Origin: Gnetum montanum
Lineage: Eukaryota; Plantae; Gnetophyta
Reading direction: 5' to 3'
Length of the DNA stretch: 64,000 nucleotides
Assembly: GCA_015680685.1 (NCBI GenBank)
Contig: MNCI01000738.1
Coordinates: 470,922-534,921, forward strand
The position numbers and the translations under genes are program-made. Shown in pieces: positions 1 to 14,004 of the stretch (its first letter is position 1; each line of letters begins with the position of its first letter). The notes under the pieces are model-generated. The model did not search any database, was not told the DNA's origin, and saw only the letters and a program-made list of their open reading frames with translations.

Positions 1-472
1 TGGAATACCCTACTAGGTTACCAAGCAGCCAATGCTCGTAATTGAGTCGTACTCATGCATTGTGTCAAGCAGCCGATTCCTTGACTAGCCGTACACGTCC
101 GTAGACGCTCGTAATCAAGTCGTACTTGAACGCACTAGGAAAGCAGTAAATGAAAGCAATAGTAAATAAAGCCACGTGCTGCAAGGTTTATCCAATCAAG
201 TTCGTCTTTATTGTCGTACACAACTTGGGTTCAGGTTTACAAGTTGCTCGAATAAAGATCCGTTCACTCTAGGACTCCTACTGCGGGCACATGGGAAAAA
301 TTCTAACTCTGGAGTGATCAATCTACTAGAGCTTCACTACACTAGCCAGGATTGGGAAATGAAGGGAGTGCCGCCTCTTATTTATAGATATGGCGGTGGG
401 ACGCGATATCGCAGGAGAAGACGCGATATCGCATGGGATGCAATATCGCGGCCCAGTGCATGTCGCGTCTCA
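1..472 (-). mobile_element. Young LTR (5' part; continues left of the window), probably Athila-related, inserted in the 3' LTR of Tat element A
   Basis: Starts TGAGAC on the minus strand at 472 and has a minus-strand TATAAATA near 380-388. Repeated gcgatatcgc motifs resemble those in the LTR at 22280-22335. CpG is retained, unlike the flanks. Sequence from 473 onward matches element A's other LTR at ~48220. Confidence 0.7.
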
Positions 473-1029
473 TCACTGGGGAAAGGTCATACCCCCCTCC
501 ATGCTATGCATGATGGATACAATCCCCTATACGCTAGGAGTAGGTGGGCTATTCCCCTCCATGCTAAGATCTACTCCTCCTCGTTGGTGGTCAGTGAGAT
601 CTACCACTCCAGATTGGGGGTTGGTGGCTCACATTTCCAATAGATGAGTTATATAGCCATGCATGCATATCCAATGTAGAAAATGCTATACCCCTCATAA
701 AACCCAATTAATTGTCTCTTTTGGCATTCCAAAAGGCATTTTGACCCCGAAGACTATACATAAACATTACATGAATTTTTCCACTTAAAGGATGAGGAGT
801 TAACCACTTATGAGGCATTTTTCAGCTCCAAAAGTATGAAATATGTGAGATTATCCCTCAGGTATTACAATCTTCACATTTACAATGAGGTTTTAGCCTC
901 AAGTTTCATGGGCTAAAGGCTACAAAGGTTACAACATATAATTTTGGTGGTGTTTCAATGGTCCCTCTTTATTGGTTTGTGGAGGATTAACTCAAGAGAC
1001 ACTGATAAAGAATACAAAACACCACTATA
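473..1029 (-). repeat. 3' LTR of element A (partial, interrupted at 472)
   Basis: Aligns with 48220-48730 (shared ggtcataccc...ccatgctaagatctactcct). Ends caccactata, equivalent to the catcactaca terminus of the B LTRs. Confidence 0.8.
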
Positions 1030-2189
1030 GGTCCACCACCAATGTTTCCTCTTCATGCTTAATCCAATCATGTCAAACCATGTTGAAGAGTGCTCATAAT
1101 GATGGAGTAAGGTTATGATGAGAAAATGGTAATGAGGTCATAAGGAGATGATCATTAAGGCCAACAATTCATTCCAAGTGTTAACACCATGGCTATAATG
1201 TGGCACTAACATGTAGGTTAAGAAATTAAGGTTATGCACTTTTCATTTAGAAGTGCCATTCACTTAGCAAGCACATTTTAGGAACATCTTTTCATTAAGA
1301 TCTTTTGCCATTAGGATCCTCCTTTTGCATTTTCAGAGCCATAGGTTTATTCTTGGATCTTTATTGATCATCTTGCTTCTTGGTAGTTTACATCCTCCAC
1401 TGCAGGCCCCCCCCAGCACCACCCCCCCGCCCCCNNNNNNNNNTTTTTTTGTGGGGTGAAACCTTCATTGGGTTTGTTTGCCAAGGGAGATTAGATATGG
1501 TTTCTCCATTAAGTGAGTTATGTTACACTCAATGGACTTGAGATTTTTCCATCAAACAACATGTGTTATGTCTGACGGACTTAGTGATTTCCCACTAAAT
1601 GAGATGTGTTACATTCAAGTGGACATGGACATGAAGCATGACTACAGAATGTCATATGGCCATGAATGCATGAATGTCAAAAATTGCTTAACATTGTTAC
1701 TCAAGGTATGGAAGGTCATCATCAACGTATGAGGTTGGGCTCAAGGAGTGGTCCTAGATGAAGGGTAATGGTACAAGCACTCTTGACATAGTAGGACAAT
1801 GTTAAAAAATTGTGCACATCAAGGTTGCATGGTGACTTGGTGCCATAATGAGTTACACCCTTGCAAGGGTTCCAGGCTTCATTCTACAAACATAACTCCA
1901 AGAGAATAAGAAAACCAAGAAAATAGAGCATGTTATAACATTACAATATGTATATGCCACATAAAATGATAAAATCAAGTCACCTAGGTTACCAATGCTA
2001 CCAGCTCAATGCAATGGTGGGCCATGTTACCAGTTTAACACACTGGTAGGCCATGGTGTGAGTTTAAGATCATAGCAGATTATATTATTAGTTTAAGTCA
2101 TCCATAGGTAATGGTGCTAAATTAAGACCTTGGTAGCCTATTGAAAGATTCATGCAGGCTTTCTTGATGTTAGCTATGAAGGTCATTGT

Positions 2190-5100
2190 AGGATACATGT
2201 AATATGGCTTTAGATAAAAATGATTAACCACATTGGTCAACTCATTTCCATCCATGTCCATAATCCTGAATGCTCCATTGTCGTAGGCTCGATGACTAGG
2301 AAGGGACCTTCCTCGTTGGTTGAGAATTTATTTGCATGGTTGTGGATGCCTTTGAGAACCATGCCACCTTCCTTAGTCTTACACTTGTTCAAGTTATGGT
2401 GGTGCTACCATTTCTGCCTCTCTTGATATTACTCAATGTGATCAAGTGTTCACACCTATTGCTCCTCTACTAAGTTTAGGTCTACTATCTACAACTCGTT
2501 ACTCTGTTCATTATTGATGAAATTAAACAAGGCTACTTGGAGCAATGACACCTGCAACTCAAGAGGTAAAATGGATTTAGAACCATAAACTAGGCTATAA
2601 AGTCATACACCAGTTACCATATGATAGGCAGTTCAATAGTCCCAAAGTGCATGGACAAGCCACTCATGCCATTTTTGCTTACTATTGTTGAGCATCTTCT
2701 CAAGCAAGTTGATGATGGCCTTGTTCCTTGCTTCTACTTTTTCATTGACTTGAGGATAATAAGGGTATGAAAAGGAATGCTTAATGCCTAGGTCATGATA
2801 GAAATCCTTTGTTTCTTGGCTACTAAATTGCAGTCTATTGTTTGTGAGTATGGTTATAGGTATGTCAAAATGGGCTACTATGTTATCCAAAATGAATTTA
2901 GAGACTTTCTCAGATGTTGTCCTTCTTAAGGGAATAGCTTCAACCCACTTGGTAAAGTATTTAGTTGCAGTGATGATGAAGTTATGCCCTATATAAGACT
3001 TAGGCATTATAGGTCTAATAACATCCAACCCCCACCATTAGAATGGCCATGTTACCTAAGTAGTGTATAACTCAATTGGCATTACGTGTATGAGGTTGCT
3101 ATGTCATTGGCAAGTGTTACAAGTTTTAACCTTCAATAGGCAATCATTTTTCATATAGGACTAGTAATAACCTAACCTTCTAATTTTAATAGCTATGGCT
3201 CTAGGTCCTATATGTCCTCCACAAACACCCTCATGAAACTAGTCTAGGACTATTCTAGTCTTATTTTTACCTAAGCATACTAATAATATGCCATCATAGG
3301 ACCATTAGCATAATGTGTTATTATCTACTATGACATACAATGTGGATCATTTATGTACAATGTCTTTCTAAGCAGTTGTTAGGCCTTGTGAAGGTTCACT
3401 ATGCAAAAGCTAAAATTTGATATAGTCATACAACTCCATGCTAGGAGCAATATGAACTATGGTCATAAAGGTATCCTTGGTGCTCTGTGTGATGGGGATA
3501 GCATAGTCTATAGTCAAGGTGGAAAACTTACTAAACACATTTGGTGTAACACTGAGGGCTAACACTGCAATGGCATCAACTATGGCATTCTTCTTTCAAG
3601 GTATGTGTTGGATATCAACATTTGTAAATTGTTAAAATAGTTACTTTCCTAGGTCATAATAAGGTTGTAAATATTTGGCTTTGCATGCATAAACCTCAAT
3701 TACTTGATTGACTACAAGTTGTAAAATTCCTTTAATCATTAAGTGCTTAATTCTTAGGTCATAAGCTACCATCATCCCTTTGATCAAACACTCATACTCC
3801 ACTATGTTGTTGGTGCATGGAAACTCAAAATGGTAGGTGAAGGATTAGATTTCACTAGATGGAAATGCTATGATGACAATAACACAAACCCCATGGGTAG
3901 TTGAAGCTCCATCAAAGTGCATGACTACCTCATAGCCCTTAGGCATTTGGTTAACAATGTCAATATGTTCATCAAAGAACTCAGGATCTATGGTTACTTG
4001 GTCGTCAATAGGCAAAACAATGAGTTGTACAACTATAGCTTAACCTTTTGTTGAGGATTAAAAGATTTAATGAAGGTCAAACTCCACTATTATGGCTTTC
4101 CATCGGGCCATATGACTACTCTCATAGATGTTGGTTGTTATGGGTCTAAGCATATTATCTTTGCAAATAACATTGAATTGGCTCTTAAAGAGGTAGTGCC
4201 TCCACTTCTTCAATGAGAAGACTAGTTCTAGACAATACTTCTTCACCTCAATGTATTGGGTCTCATGGGCAACTAAAGCATGGCTAAGATAGTACACTAG
4301 CATCTCTACCCCATCATCACATTTCTAACATAGTAGAGAGGCAATGGACATGTTAGAGATGACAAGGTTGATGTAAAATGATTTATCCTCTTATGAAGGA
4401 TAGACCATCGGTAGTTGTGCTAACTCTTACTTAAGGAATTCAAAGGTTTCTTGGCATTGAGTTGTTCAATCATAGTGAACTCCTTTCTTAAGAAAGTGTT
4501 GCATGGATTGTAACTTATTCGTAAGCTTGGAAATAAACCTATGGATAAATTGTAATCTACCTTGTAATCCCTGAATCTCCTTAAGGTTAGTAGGTGTTTC
4601 CAATTTGGACATGATCCTAACCTTATCAAGATCAATGCATATCCCTACCTTAAATACTATAAAGCCAAGCATCTTTCTAGTCTTAACACCAAAGATACAC
4701 TTCTTAGAGTTAAGCCTCAGTTCATACTTAAGGCATCATTTAAGTACAAGGTCTAGGTCATTAGCATGGTCACTAGCCACTTTGAACTTAACAATTATGT
4801 TATCTATGTAATCGTTAAGTAAACCTAACATGTAGTCACTAAAGATATATATAATGGCTCTCTAGTAGGTTGCTCCCACTTACTTTAGTCCAAATGACAT
4901 CATGGTATAAAAAAAGGTACCCCAAGGAGTCATGAAGGTTCTGCTAAGCTAATGTTCTGGGTTGATCCTAATCTAGTTATATCCCAAGAACCCATTCATA
5001 AAGGACAATAAGGCATGTCCAACCATAATATTAATAAGTTAATCAATACTAGGCAAAGGAAAGTCATTTTTAATAGTTGCCTTATTTAAGTCTCATAAAT

Positions 5101-5683
5101 CAATGCAAATATAGATAATCCAATTCTTCTTAGGGACAACCATTATGTTGGACACCCATTCTGTATAGTTAATTGCCCTAATGAAGCAAGGTTGGTGGAG
5201 TTTTGTGATTTTTTCATGGATTGCTAAGGCCAAATCAGGTCTAATCTTGCACACATTTTTCTTGACTGGTTTAATGCTAGGATTAAGTATAATGTTGTAT
5301 TGCACTAGGCATGGGTCTAGGCTTGGAATATCCTCATATGACCAAGAAAAGGCCTTGATGCTATCTTGCAAGACCTTGGTGATGTCTTGAGCTTGTTGAG
5401 GTTCCAGTGAGGAACTTAGTTTTAAGGTTTTCTCCTCACCACTATATGTTGTGATAGGAACCTCAATGAGAGAGTCTTCAGTAATGTCACTAACCTCTAG
5501 GTCAAGGGTTTTAACTAGGTTTTCAAACCACTCTAAAGGTTTCTCTATCAAGACTATGTGGACGACAACACTCTCAGGCTCAAGATCTAGGCAATCAAGG
5601 TTGATACACCACTCAACATCACCATGGGATCCATGTAAGCACAAAGGCAAACTAATCTACTCCCAAGTACTCATACTTCAATC
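2190..5683 (-). pseudogene. pol: Element A pol: RT, RNase H, additional (archaeal-type) RNase H, integrase; many stops
   Basis: RT: WVSNIMVVPKKN..ICID and LLSFMNGFLGYN. RH: VYYLSHALVAHETQYIEVKKYCL. aRH: MHFDGAST and CTNNIVEYECLI near 3780-3925. INT: KYFTKWVEAIPL, SYPYYPQVNEKVEARNK, C-terminal LKPYY. Confidence 0.93.
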
Positions 5684-6299
5684 CTACATGTCAACAATAA
5701 GAACATTAAGTGGCACTCTGGTAAAGATGAGTAAATAGTATCAAAATGCTATAAAATTATGCAAATCCATGCTATAAAATGCAAACATAATGGGACAAGG
5801 TTGTATAAAATGAAACAAAGGCTAAATAAGGACCAAGAAAAGGTTGAATAAGGCTAAAACAAGCCTAACAAGGCCAACTAAGATCACAAGCTTTCTAGTT
5901 TAAGGCCTTGGTAGGCCATGATGTCAATTTTAGGCCTTAGCAAGCCATGGTGACATGGTGCCAAATGGTGGTCAAGGAAGGTCAAACCCCATCATTCAAT
6001 ACCAATCCAAAGTTAAACAAGGCTATACATGGCTATAATGTGGAGAAAAAGCTTAATATGAAGTTATGCATGGATTCAGTGAGACCAAGGACATCAACCA
6101 TACAAAAAAAGGCCAAAACAAGTTAAAACATCATCGAATAAGGTCAAATTAAGCAAAACAAGCTACATATGATCAAACTTAGCTAATATTGATCAAACAA
6201 GTTTAGGTTTTGCTAAATTTAAGCTTTAGTAGGCCATAGTTTTAGGCTACAAGCATCATAGGTGAGTTTGGGCATCAACAAAGATTGTTTATGGGCTAT

Positions 6300-9000
6300 T
6301 TGAACTAAAAAAGCAAGGGTTTTAAGGCTTCAATGTTGGACCCATGCTAGATACACATTGGCCAATGTGAAATGGGTGACCCCCAACATGAATGGGACAT
6401 CCAAAAAATTTTCTAGGATTATCTTGTATAGCTTTCAACTTTTGATGGCTTGCATGTTAACATAGTTAACTGGGGAAAGGAATGAACTAGCTTTAGCACC
6501 AATTTAAACCTGTGAAACCATCCTTTGAAGCCTAAAAGTGTCCTCCATGCTAGCCAACATGAAGACCAATGGAAATATGTTTTATGGCATCAAGAGGGTC
6601 AAAATTAGGGTTCTAAGGCCTTCCCAAGGTAGCACAGGGCCATATTTAGCAAAATTGATCACTTTGAAGGTCAAAAATGGTCAAAAAGCAGGTCTTAAAG
6701 TCACACCCCTACCATGTTGACTAGCATGGATGAAAGGAGGCTTAACATAGAGGATCCAAATTTTGACCAAAATAGGATCAAACAAGGTTGGATGGATAGC
6801 CAGAACCAAGATCTGGTAGTTTGCATCCCCTAGCTACATTTTGAGGCCACTTGGATAGGGTTTTGAGTGTTAAAGCAAGTTTGGGATAGCATGGAGTAGA
6901 GGGGTTGCCCTTATCTTTTGGCCTTAGGATGATCTAGGAAGTCAGTTGACTAGGTTTCTAGGCTCTTAAGGCTAAAAACTATGATTTCCCAAGTTTTTTC
7001 AATTTTGATCATGCTTGGAGGCTATTTAGGATCATGCAAGGTTATACCCCCCTCTAATCCATGTTGGGGGAAGGGGGTTTCTCTAGCATGGAGGATGAAA
7101 GTTGGAAGATTTTAGGGGCTAAAACGATGTCAAATGAGTGCAATCTCAAAGCTATGAGGCCCTAGGCTTTGCCAGTGTAGGTTTTTGATCTCATAGAGGG
7201 TCGATCTACTATCAAAGCAGGAAAAGCAACCCATCCACATTCGTCAGCATGGAAGAGTGGGTGCCCAGCATGGATAAATCATAAATTTTAGATATAAGCC
7301 AATTTCAACAACAATCAAACATGCATGTTAGCTTCTAGGGTTGTGGGTATTGAGATTTAGGGTTTAGAGTCAAAACTAGGTAATTTGAAGGGTTTCTAAG
7401 TGGTTTTAGAAGTTACCCTTTTGGTTCCACATTGGCTCCACTCTAGCTAGCATGGAGGATCAAACAAGATCAGGTTTTGGCTATTTTTAATAAATTTTAG
7501 TTGTGCATGCACATCTCCAAAGTTGTTGATGTTGATGGTTGAAGCCAAAGGTTAAAATTTGGTAATTTTATGGGTTTTGGATGGTTTTTGGGCTTACCCC
7601 TTTGGTTTCATACTAGTTCCATGTTGGATAGGTGGAGAACCTTATGGGTTGATTTTTGGCATTATTTGATTGATTTCTAGAAGTTTGGTGGCTTCCAAAA
7701 GGGCTGATAGGGGTTTAGTGTAAGTACAGGGCAATTTGGTGTTATTTTGATGCATCAACGATTCCCATGAACCTTCCTTTTTGTATCCACATTGGCTCCA
7801 TGCTAGCCAACATGGAAGAAAGGGGTGCCCAATGTGGAAGATAGGAAAAGCCTAAAATGGAGTCAATTTTATCAAGCTTTACCTACTGGAGCCTCCAAGA
7901 GGATTAGGTTGTCAACTGAAGCTAATTTCAAGGCTAATCTTGGGATTTTTGGCTACAACCCCCCTCACCACCCCCTCCATCCACAAGCTCCATGATAGCT
8001 AGCATGAAGAGGGTCCTCCCCCCTCCCCCCCTAACATGGATCAACTTGGTTTAAAGTCTTGGGCTACTTTCAATAATATTTGATAGGGCTTCAAAGTTAT
8101 CAAGGTTGTAGGGGGTCAAGGGCCAAGATTTGACACTGAAATTCATCAAGTTGAGGTATTTTAGGTGTTCATGTAGTCATCCCCACTTTCATCCACATTA
8201 GGGCCATCCTAACTAGCATGGATAAAAGGGGGTGATGTTCTTTTGCCAATTTTGATCAGTTTTGTAGCATCTGAAGGCTTTGGCAGGGTCTAGACGTTAC
8301 TAGGATATGTTACTAGGCTATTTTTTGCTATAAACTAGGTTTTGATGCATACCCCCATGGCATCCATGCTAGCCAACATGGAGGGGCATTCACCAACATG
8401 AAGATGGATATAGGTATAAAATTAACCTATTTTAAGGCAAAATTAAGCTATTGGAGGCTACTAAAGTGTGCTAAAGTTAAGAAATGGCAACTAGGCATTC
8501 GATTTTGGCTATTTGATGTCACCCCCACCCATTTGCATTAGCTTCATGCTAGCTAGTATGGAAGATGCCTCCATTAGAATGGATTCACCAAAATCTGAAA
8601 ATTTTGAGCATTTTTTTACTATATTTAATGAGGTTTTGAGGCTATTGGGGGTGATAGGAGGGGTTCTAGGTCATGTGGGCCCACCCTGAGGGTCTAATAT
8701 GGGCTTAATGGGTACTAATAGATAAGAATGGACATTAGCCCCTTGGCTACACACTAGGCTCCATGTTGGGCAATGTTTCCTTAATGTGGAAGCCCTAAAT
8801 GTCAAGTTTTGTTAGGATCTAACCTCCTTCTAGATTTTGGAACTTGGTAGGATAGGTTATAGCTACTAAAAATGGAAAGTGAGTTAGTGTGAGAGTGTTG
8901 GGATGTGAAAGAGGCTCGTATCCACACTAGATCTATGCTACCCAATGTGGATATAGGGGGGATAAGGCTATGATATGGTTTTAGATGTTCAAGGGGTTAA
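6300..9000. repeat. Dispersed array of a decayed 10-bp motif, often paired as a 20-bp palindrome (inferred ancestor TCCACGCTGG-CCAGCGTGGA)
   Basis: tccatgctagccaacatgga-type copies near 6543, 6713, 7437, 7797, 7989, 8363 and 8544, plus many half sites. Confidence 0.75.
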
Positions 9001-9329
9001 AACCATAGTGTTGATGGAGTTTCCTAACTTAAAACACCATGCATCATGGTGTATCATGGGGTCCACTATCCAAAATGAAAAATTTTAAATGTATGTTTGG
9101 TTTTCCACCATTCCCAGCATATAGAATAATTTTCCCTCTTGTACTTCAATGCACTTTAAGTTCCAATGCACAAAATTGCAAACGAGGGTAAAGGAATCGG
9201 CATTTAATTTTAGGTTTGGTTTTTATGGTCAAATTTGCTAAGTATTGGGCACAAACTATCATTCTCTATCACATCACACTCCTTATCTCTCTAGTAGAGG
9301 TTTCTTGCTTGAAATAACATTCATCCTTT

Positions 9330-12254
9330 AGCATGGAAGCATCATACCTTCCTCTTAGGTAGCGTAGAGGCTTCAACCCTTCAAATTTCCTAGCTTCTTC
9401 AATGCTGGTGGCAGGAAGATGAGGAAACATGAAGGCAATATTAGAAATCCAAGAATTCAAGAGTTAGATGAGGCTACACTGGGCATCTCCCAACTACCCA
9501 GACCTATTTCCATTCAAGCTTCATTTATTGCCACCCCAAGGTAGGCCATGCCTAGTTATTTTTCTTCTTTCTCTAGCCATGTTTTGTGCTTTCCTAGCTA
9601 GGATAGGGATTGTTTTGGTCATCTACATTGAGGAAGTGGGTAGAATGAAATTCTAACCAAATACCACTTCATAATTCAGTTGTTTTTATGTAGATATAAA
9701 GTCATTTTTTTATTTAGACTTTAATTGATTTGATTTTAAAATTAGGTTTGTTGTTTTGATGTGCTTTTTTCACCAATTTTGGGGTGGTGCCATTTTTTTA
9801 AGATCTAGGTTATAATATTCATCAAAATTAAATTTTGACAAAATTCCATCCCCTATTTTGATGGTTTTTCACATGGGTTTAAGATTGTTTGGTTGTTTTG
9901 GCTTTAATTCATGGCTAAATTAAATTAGGTTTTGCACATTTTATGTTTTTTAATGTCTTTTTGATGGAAAAGCAAGCAATGTTATGAATTTTTATTATGA
10001 AAATGGCTAGGGATTAATTAAATCTAAGGTTTTTGGTTTTTTGTATTATTTTTATTGTTTTTTATTTAGAGTTGTAATGACAAAGTTATGGCTATTTTAG
10101 TTAGATTGTGTAGTTAGGACTTACACCATTTCTTAGATTTTCATGAATCTTTTTCTAAAAATGATAAGAGTTTTGAATTTTCTATGGCTATGGGTGTATA
10201 GCCCTTCATTTGGGCTTTCAAACGAAGGTGGAACCAATATGTTTCAAGCCTAAATGAATTTTTGACAAATTTTTGGCCAACCCTAAGTGAAAGGGAGTTT
10301 ATGGTGATGGCTACATATGTAATTTTGGTTATGTTTTATGTAATACTGGTTGTAAAATTTTAGTTGTATTGGCCATGGCTATAAAGCTTGTGATTTCAAA
10401 ATTTATTTAGTGGTAGAATCACTAAAATCATAGATGGGATGAAATTTTCATGAATTTTTAATTACGATTATGTAAATTGAGCTTAATTCAGATTATAACA
10501 ATTTACCCCTTTGAGATGGGTCGTGTTGACATGCTTAATAATTTTTTATTTTTATTTTTATTTTGTCAACATTCCATGCCACTAGGGATGCCTAAAGATG
10601 TTAACTATGCTCTAAAGTTGATTCAATGAGAAATAAAAAATTTTACTATTTTTAGTAAGCTTTTTGATATGGCAGTTTCATGGTTTTTGAGGTTGTCCAT
10701 GTTAATGCATGGTTTGAAATAGAGCATAATTCAGTTGTGATATTTTGGCTACATTGTTTTGGCTATGGATGTTGTAATAGCATTGTTGTAGAATTTCTTA
10801 GACAAATTTGAATAAACACCTTAGAGTTTTTTATAGGGACTAATATTATCTCCAACTACAATGTTTCATAAACTTGTTAAGAAATTCTAACTATTGTGAT
10901 GTGGTCCTAATAGTGTTCCAGTTCTCCATGCAGGATGCTTTGAAGTCCATTTTCATTGTGGTTGAGTTGGTTGGCATCTTATGTTTCATCGGCCAACCCA
11001 AGTCAACCATCCCTTTGCCTGACATGGTCTTGGAGAGGGGTTCACTATAGTTCTAGCCAAGGACAAGGAAATTCCTTACCTACATCTTGTAGAACTTTTA
11101 GTATGATATTGTGGTCACACTTGTCTACAAATGTGGTCAAAGTTCTAGTGGAGACCTTGTTGCCTGGGTCTCCAAGGTTGATCACTAGGTTCATAACGAG
11201 TGATTCAAAAGCCTGGGCAACAAGAGAGCTAACAGAGACTAATGATATTATTGGTAAATGTTATCTTTTAGACATATGGAGGATCCTAAAGTTTCATTCT
11301 TAGTACAATGCTAGCTAATAATACTCTAATAGTGGTGTAGAGTCCACACTTTATTCTAGGACCCTCTAGGCAATGTGTATCGCCTACTAGGGTAAGCATG
11401 ATTATTATAGATTTTTGATGTTTTGGCTTTATTAGTTTGGTCACTTCTCCTGGCCTGTCAATTTTACACACATCTTATAGGTACATGGTTAATGATCAAG
11501 GCTTAATCAAGAATGATCAACTCTTGGTAATGGCCAAAACTACATTGAATGAGTTTACCAAAGGCTCTAAGATTAGAACTATTGTACATGAACAATTAGA
11601 AAGGGACTTTGATGAGTACACCAACACATTCAACCCTATTTACAAGAAGTTTGTAGCTATCAAAATAGTGCACAACTAGTGGGTGGTCCCCAAGGGCATT
11701 AGAGATAAAGACATTATGACTAGAACCTCTGCATAAGCCTTGCTAAGTAAGAAGAAGAAAGTGAAGAATAAGAATGATCTTCTATGTTGTACATAAGGTT
11801 TTATAGCTATTTTGATCTTAAGTGATCTATGGCCTAAACATACTTGTACTAATGCTAAGTGATTATTGTTGGCTTGGAAAACCTTTCACTCCTTCTGATG
11901 TTACTATATCCCTTTTTGGACACTCTGTAGATACTCTCATCCTAAAATTTGATGATGTGGAGCCTACACAAGAGTGGTTGAGGGAGCAAGCATTTGAGGA
12001 CATCCAAGCAAACATCGTGCATGATGATTTCATTGATGTCTTCATGGTGCCTAGCCCTTCCATCCCATTCACAAAGATGTTAAATGTCATTGACTCCTTC
12101 AACATAGAAGCCAATGTGCTCCACACCACAATATGAGGCATACTAATCACCATTATTATCAGCAAGACAACCTTCTATGAATTTTTTGGTATTCCCACCA
12201 ATAGGATGATAGTTGTCACCAAACTAGTGAAGGAGGTTGGCCATTGTGAGGAAG
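9330..12254 (+). pseudogene. 5' half of the antisense multi-exon gene inside element A (unknown protein)
   Basis: Donor aag|gtaggc at 9540, acceptor atgcag| at 10933, donor at 11253, acceptor ttatag| at 11480. Exon 2 peptide IVVELVGILCFIGQPK is conserved with element B, mostly through third-position changes. Confidence 0.65.
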
Positions 12255-13882
12255 TGTTATGACCAAAAACCTTGATTACTAGAATGAAAACCAAGGATCC
12301 TCAATGCAAGTAGTTCCCCAACCTCAAATCCCCAAGGCCTCCATGATAAGAATGGAATTCAAGGCATCCTAGCCAATCCAGTAGATCAACCAAGGACTTA
12401 TGAGATGTAAAGCATAGAAATATAAGCAGATCCGAATAGTGCACAAAAAATAAAATTTTCTTTTGAACACAAAACTCAAAACTTAATAATTTATTAAGAA
12501 AGAATAAAGAATAAGTTAGAAAAATATGTACAAACGATGTCTGGATGAGCAAAAAGGGGGTTCAATTATGCAAGAGTTCAAAGCCTATCAAAGCTAATGT
12601 GATGTACTCCATGATCTGGGTGCTTAGCCACTCGTGATCTTATCAAACCTTCCTTCACTACTACAACCTTGGATCTGCCAATTGGATCACTGATGGAAGG
12701 GTGAGAAAGGTGAAAATTTTGGATGAAAAATTGCTCTATGTTGGGGTTTGGAAATCCTAGAAATATAGTACTGACACCAAAAATCCATGAAATCTCAAGG
12801 CCACAATGCTTCCACATTGGGGTTCAAGAGAATGCAAGTATGGAAACTTGCAAGAGCTCTTGAGTGCTTGAAAATGGCCCAAGCAAGGAATTGTGTGTAT
12901 GCAAATTGCTTGATGATGCTCAAAAACTATTAAACTATGTGGAACCTTATGAGTGTTGAATCTTGTCAAAATTACTCACCCATCCAAAAATTCTTGGAAC
13001 CTATTAATGGTATTTCAGGTTGGCTTTTATAGAGCCTTTGGGCCATGAATGGGGCTACAAAATTGGCTATGATTTGGATGCAAATTGGCTTTGAATTGGC
13101 TACAAATTCACTACAATTTTAGGTAAGATGGATGCCCAAATTTTTGGGGTTACTATACATAGTAAATTCTTCCCCCCATAGCCATTCCATTTACTATAAA
13201 TAGTAACCAAGGTAGAGCTTCCATGCTGGAGATGAATCTTCCACACTCAGCTCTTCTTCGTGCTTGTTAAAGTGGTTGGTTAATGTTAAAGTGCATGAAT
13301 TGATAAATTTTGCTTCTTGTCGCTTTCACAATGGGGGATTAAATTTTCCACATGGGGGGAAAATTTTCTAGGCTGGGGAAAAGCTTCCACACTTGGGGAA
13401 AACTTTCTAGGCTAAGGGAGAAAAGTTTCCAAGTTGTGCATTTGGTCTCCACATTGAAGGGGGGTAAGTTTCCAAATACTCCATCCTTCATGCTCTAAGT
13501 AGATGAGATCTACCCCCTGTAGGTGTTTCCAGCATAGAAAAATGCATACCCTCCATAAAATCCATTAAATTACCTTTTTGGCATTCCAAAAGGTATTTTG
13601 ACTATAGACACTAGGTAACTTTTTCCAGTTGGGGAAGGAGGCTTTGACTAACTATGAGCAATTTTTCAGCCTCAAAGGTATAAAGTATGTGAAATTTTCC
13701 TTTTTGGAATACAATTTTCACATTTACAATGAAATTTTACCTTGAGTTTCATTGGGTGAAAGCTACATGATGAAGATTGGTTATAACATGCAAAATTTTG
13801 TGGTGTTTCAATGGTCCCTCTTTGTTGGTGTCTAGAGGATTGACTCAAGAGGCACCAACAAATAATACAAAACATCATTACA
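12255..13882 (-). repeat. 3' LTR of element B, complete copy (~1.63 kb, TG...CA)
   Basis: tgttatgacc...catcattaca termini; minus-strand TATA (ctataaaag) near 13023-13031; aligns with 14005-15705 and 38711-40259. Confidence 0.88.
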
Positions 13883-14004
13883 TATTATAATGCTACAATG
13901 CATATAGGTCACATGAGAATTAGGCTATCCAAGTCAGCAATGTTGTAGTTTAAGGCTATGGTTGGCCATGGTACCAGCTTAAGGCCCCAGCAAGCCATGT
14001 GCTA

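Noticed and set aside
176-647. 155-aa and 85-aa ORFs
   Set aside because: They span the junction of two unrelated LTRs and have no recognisable motif.
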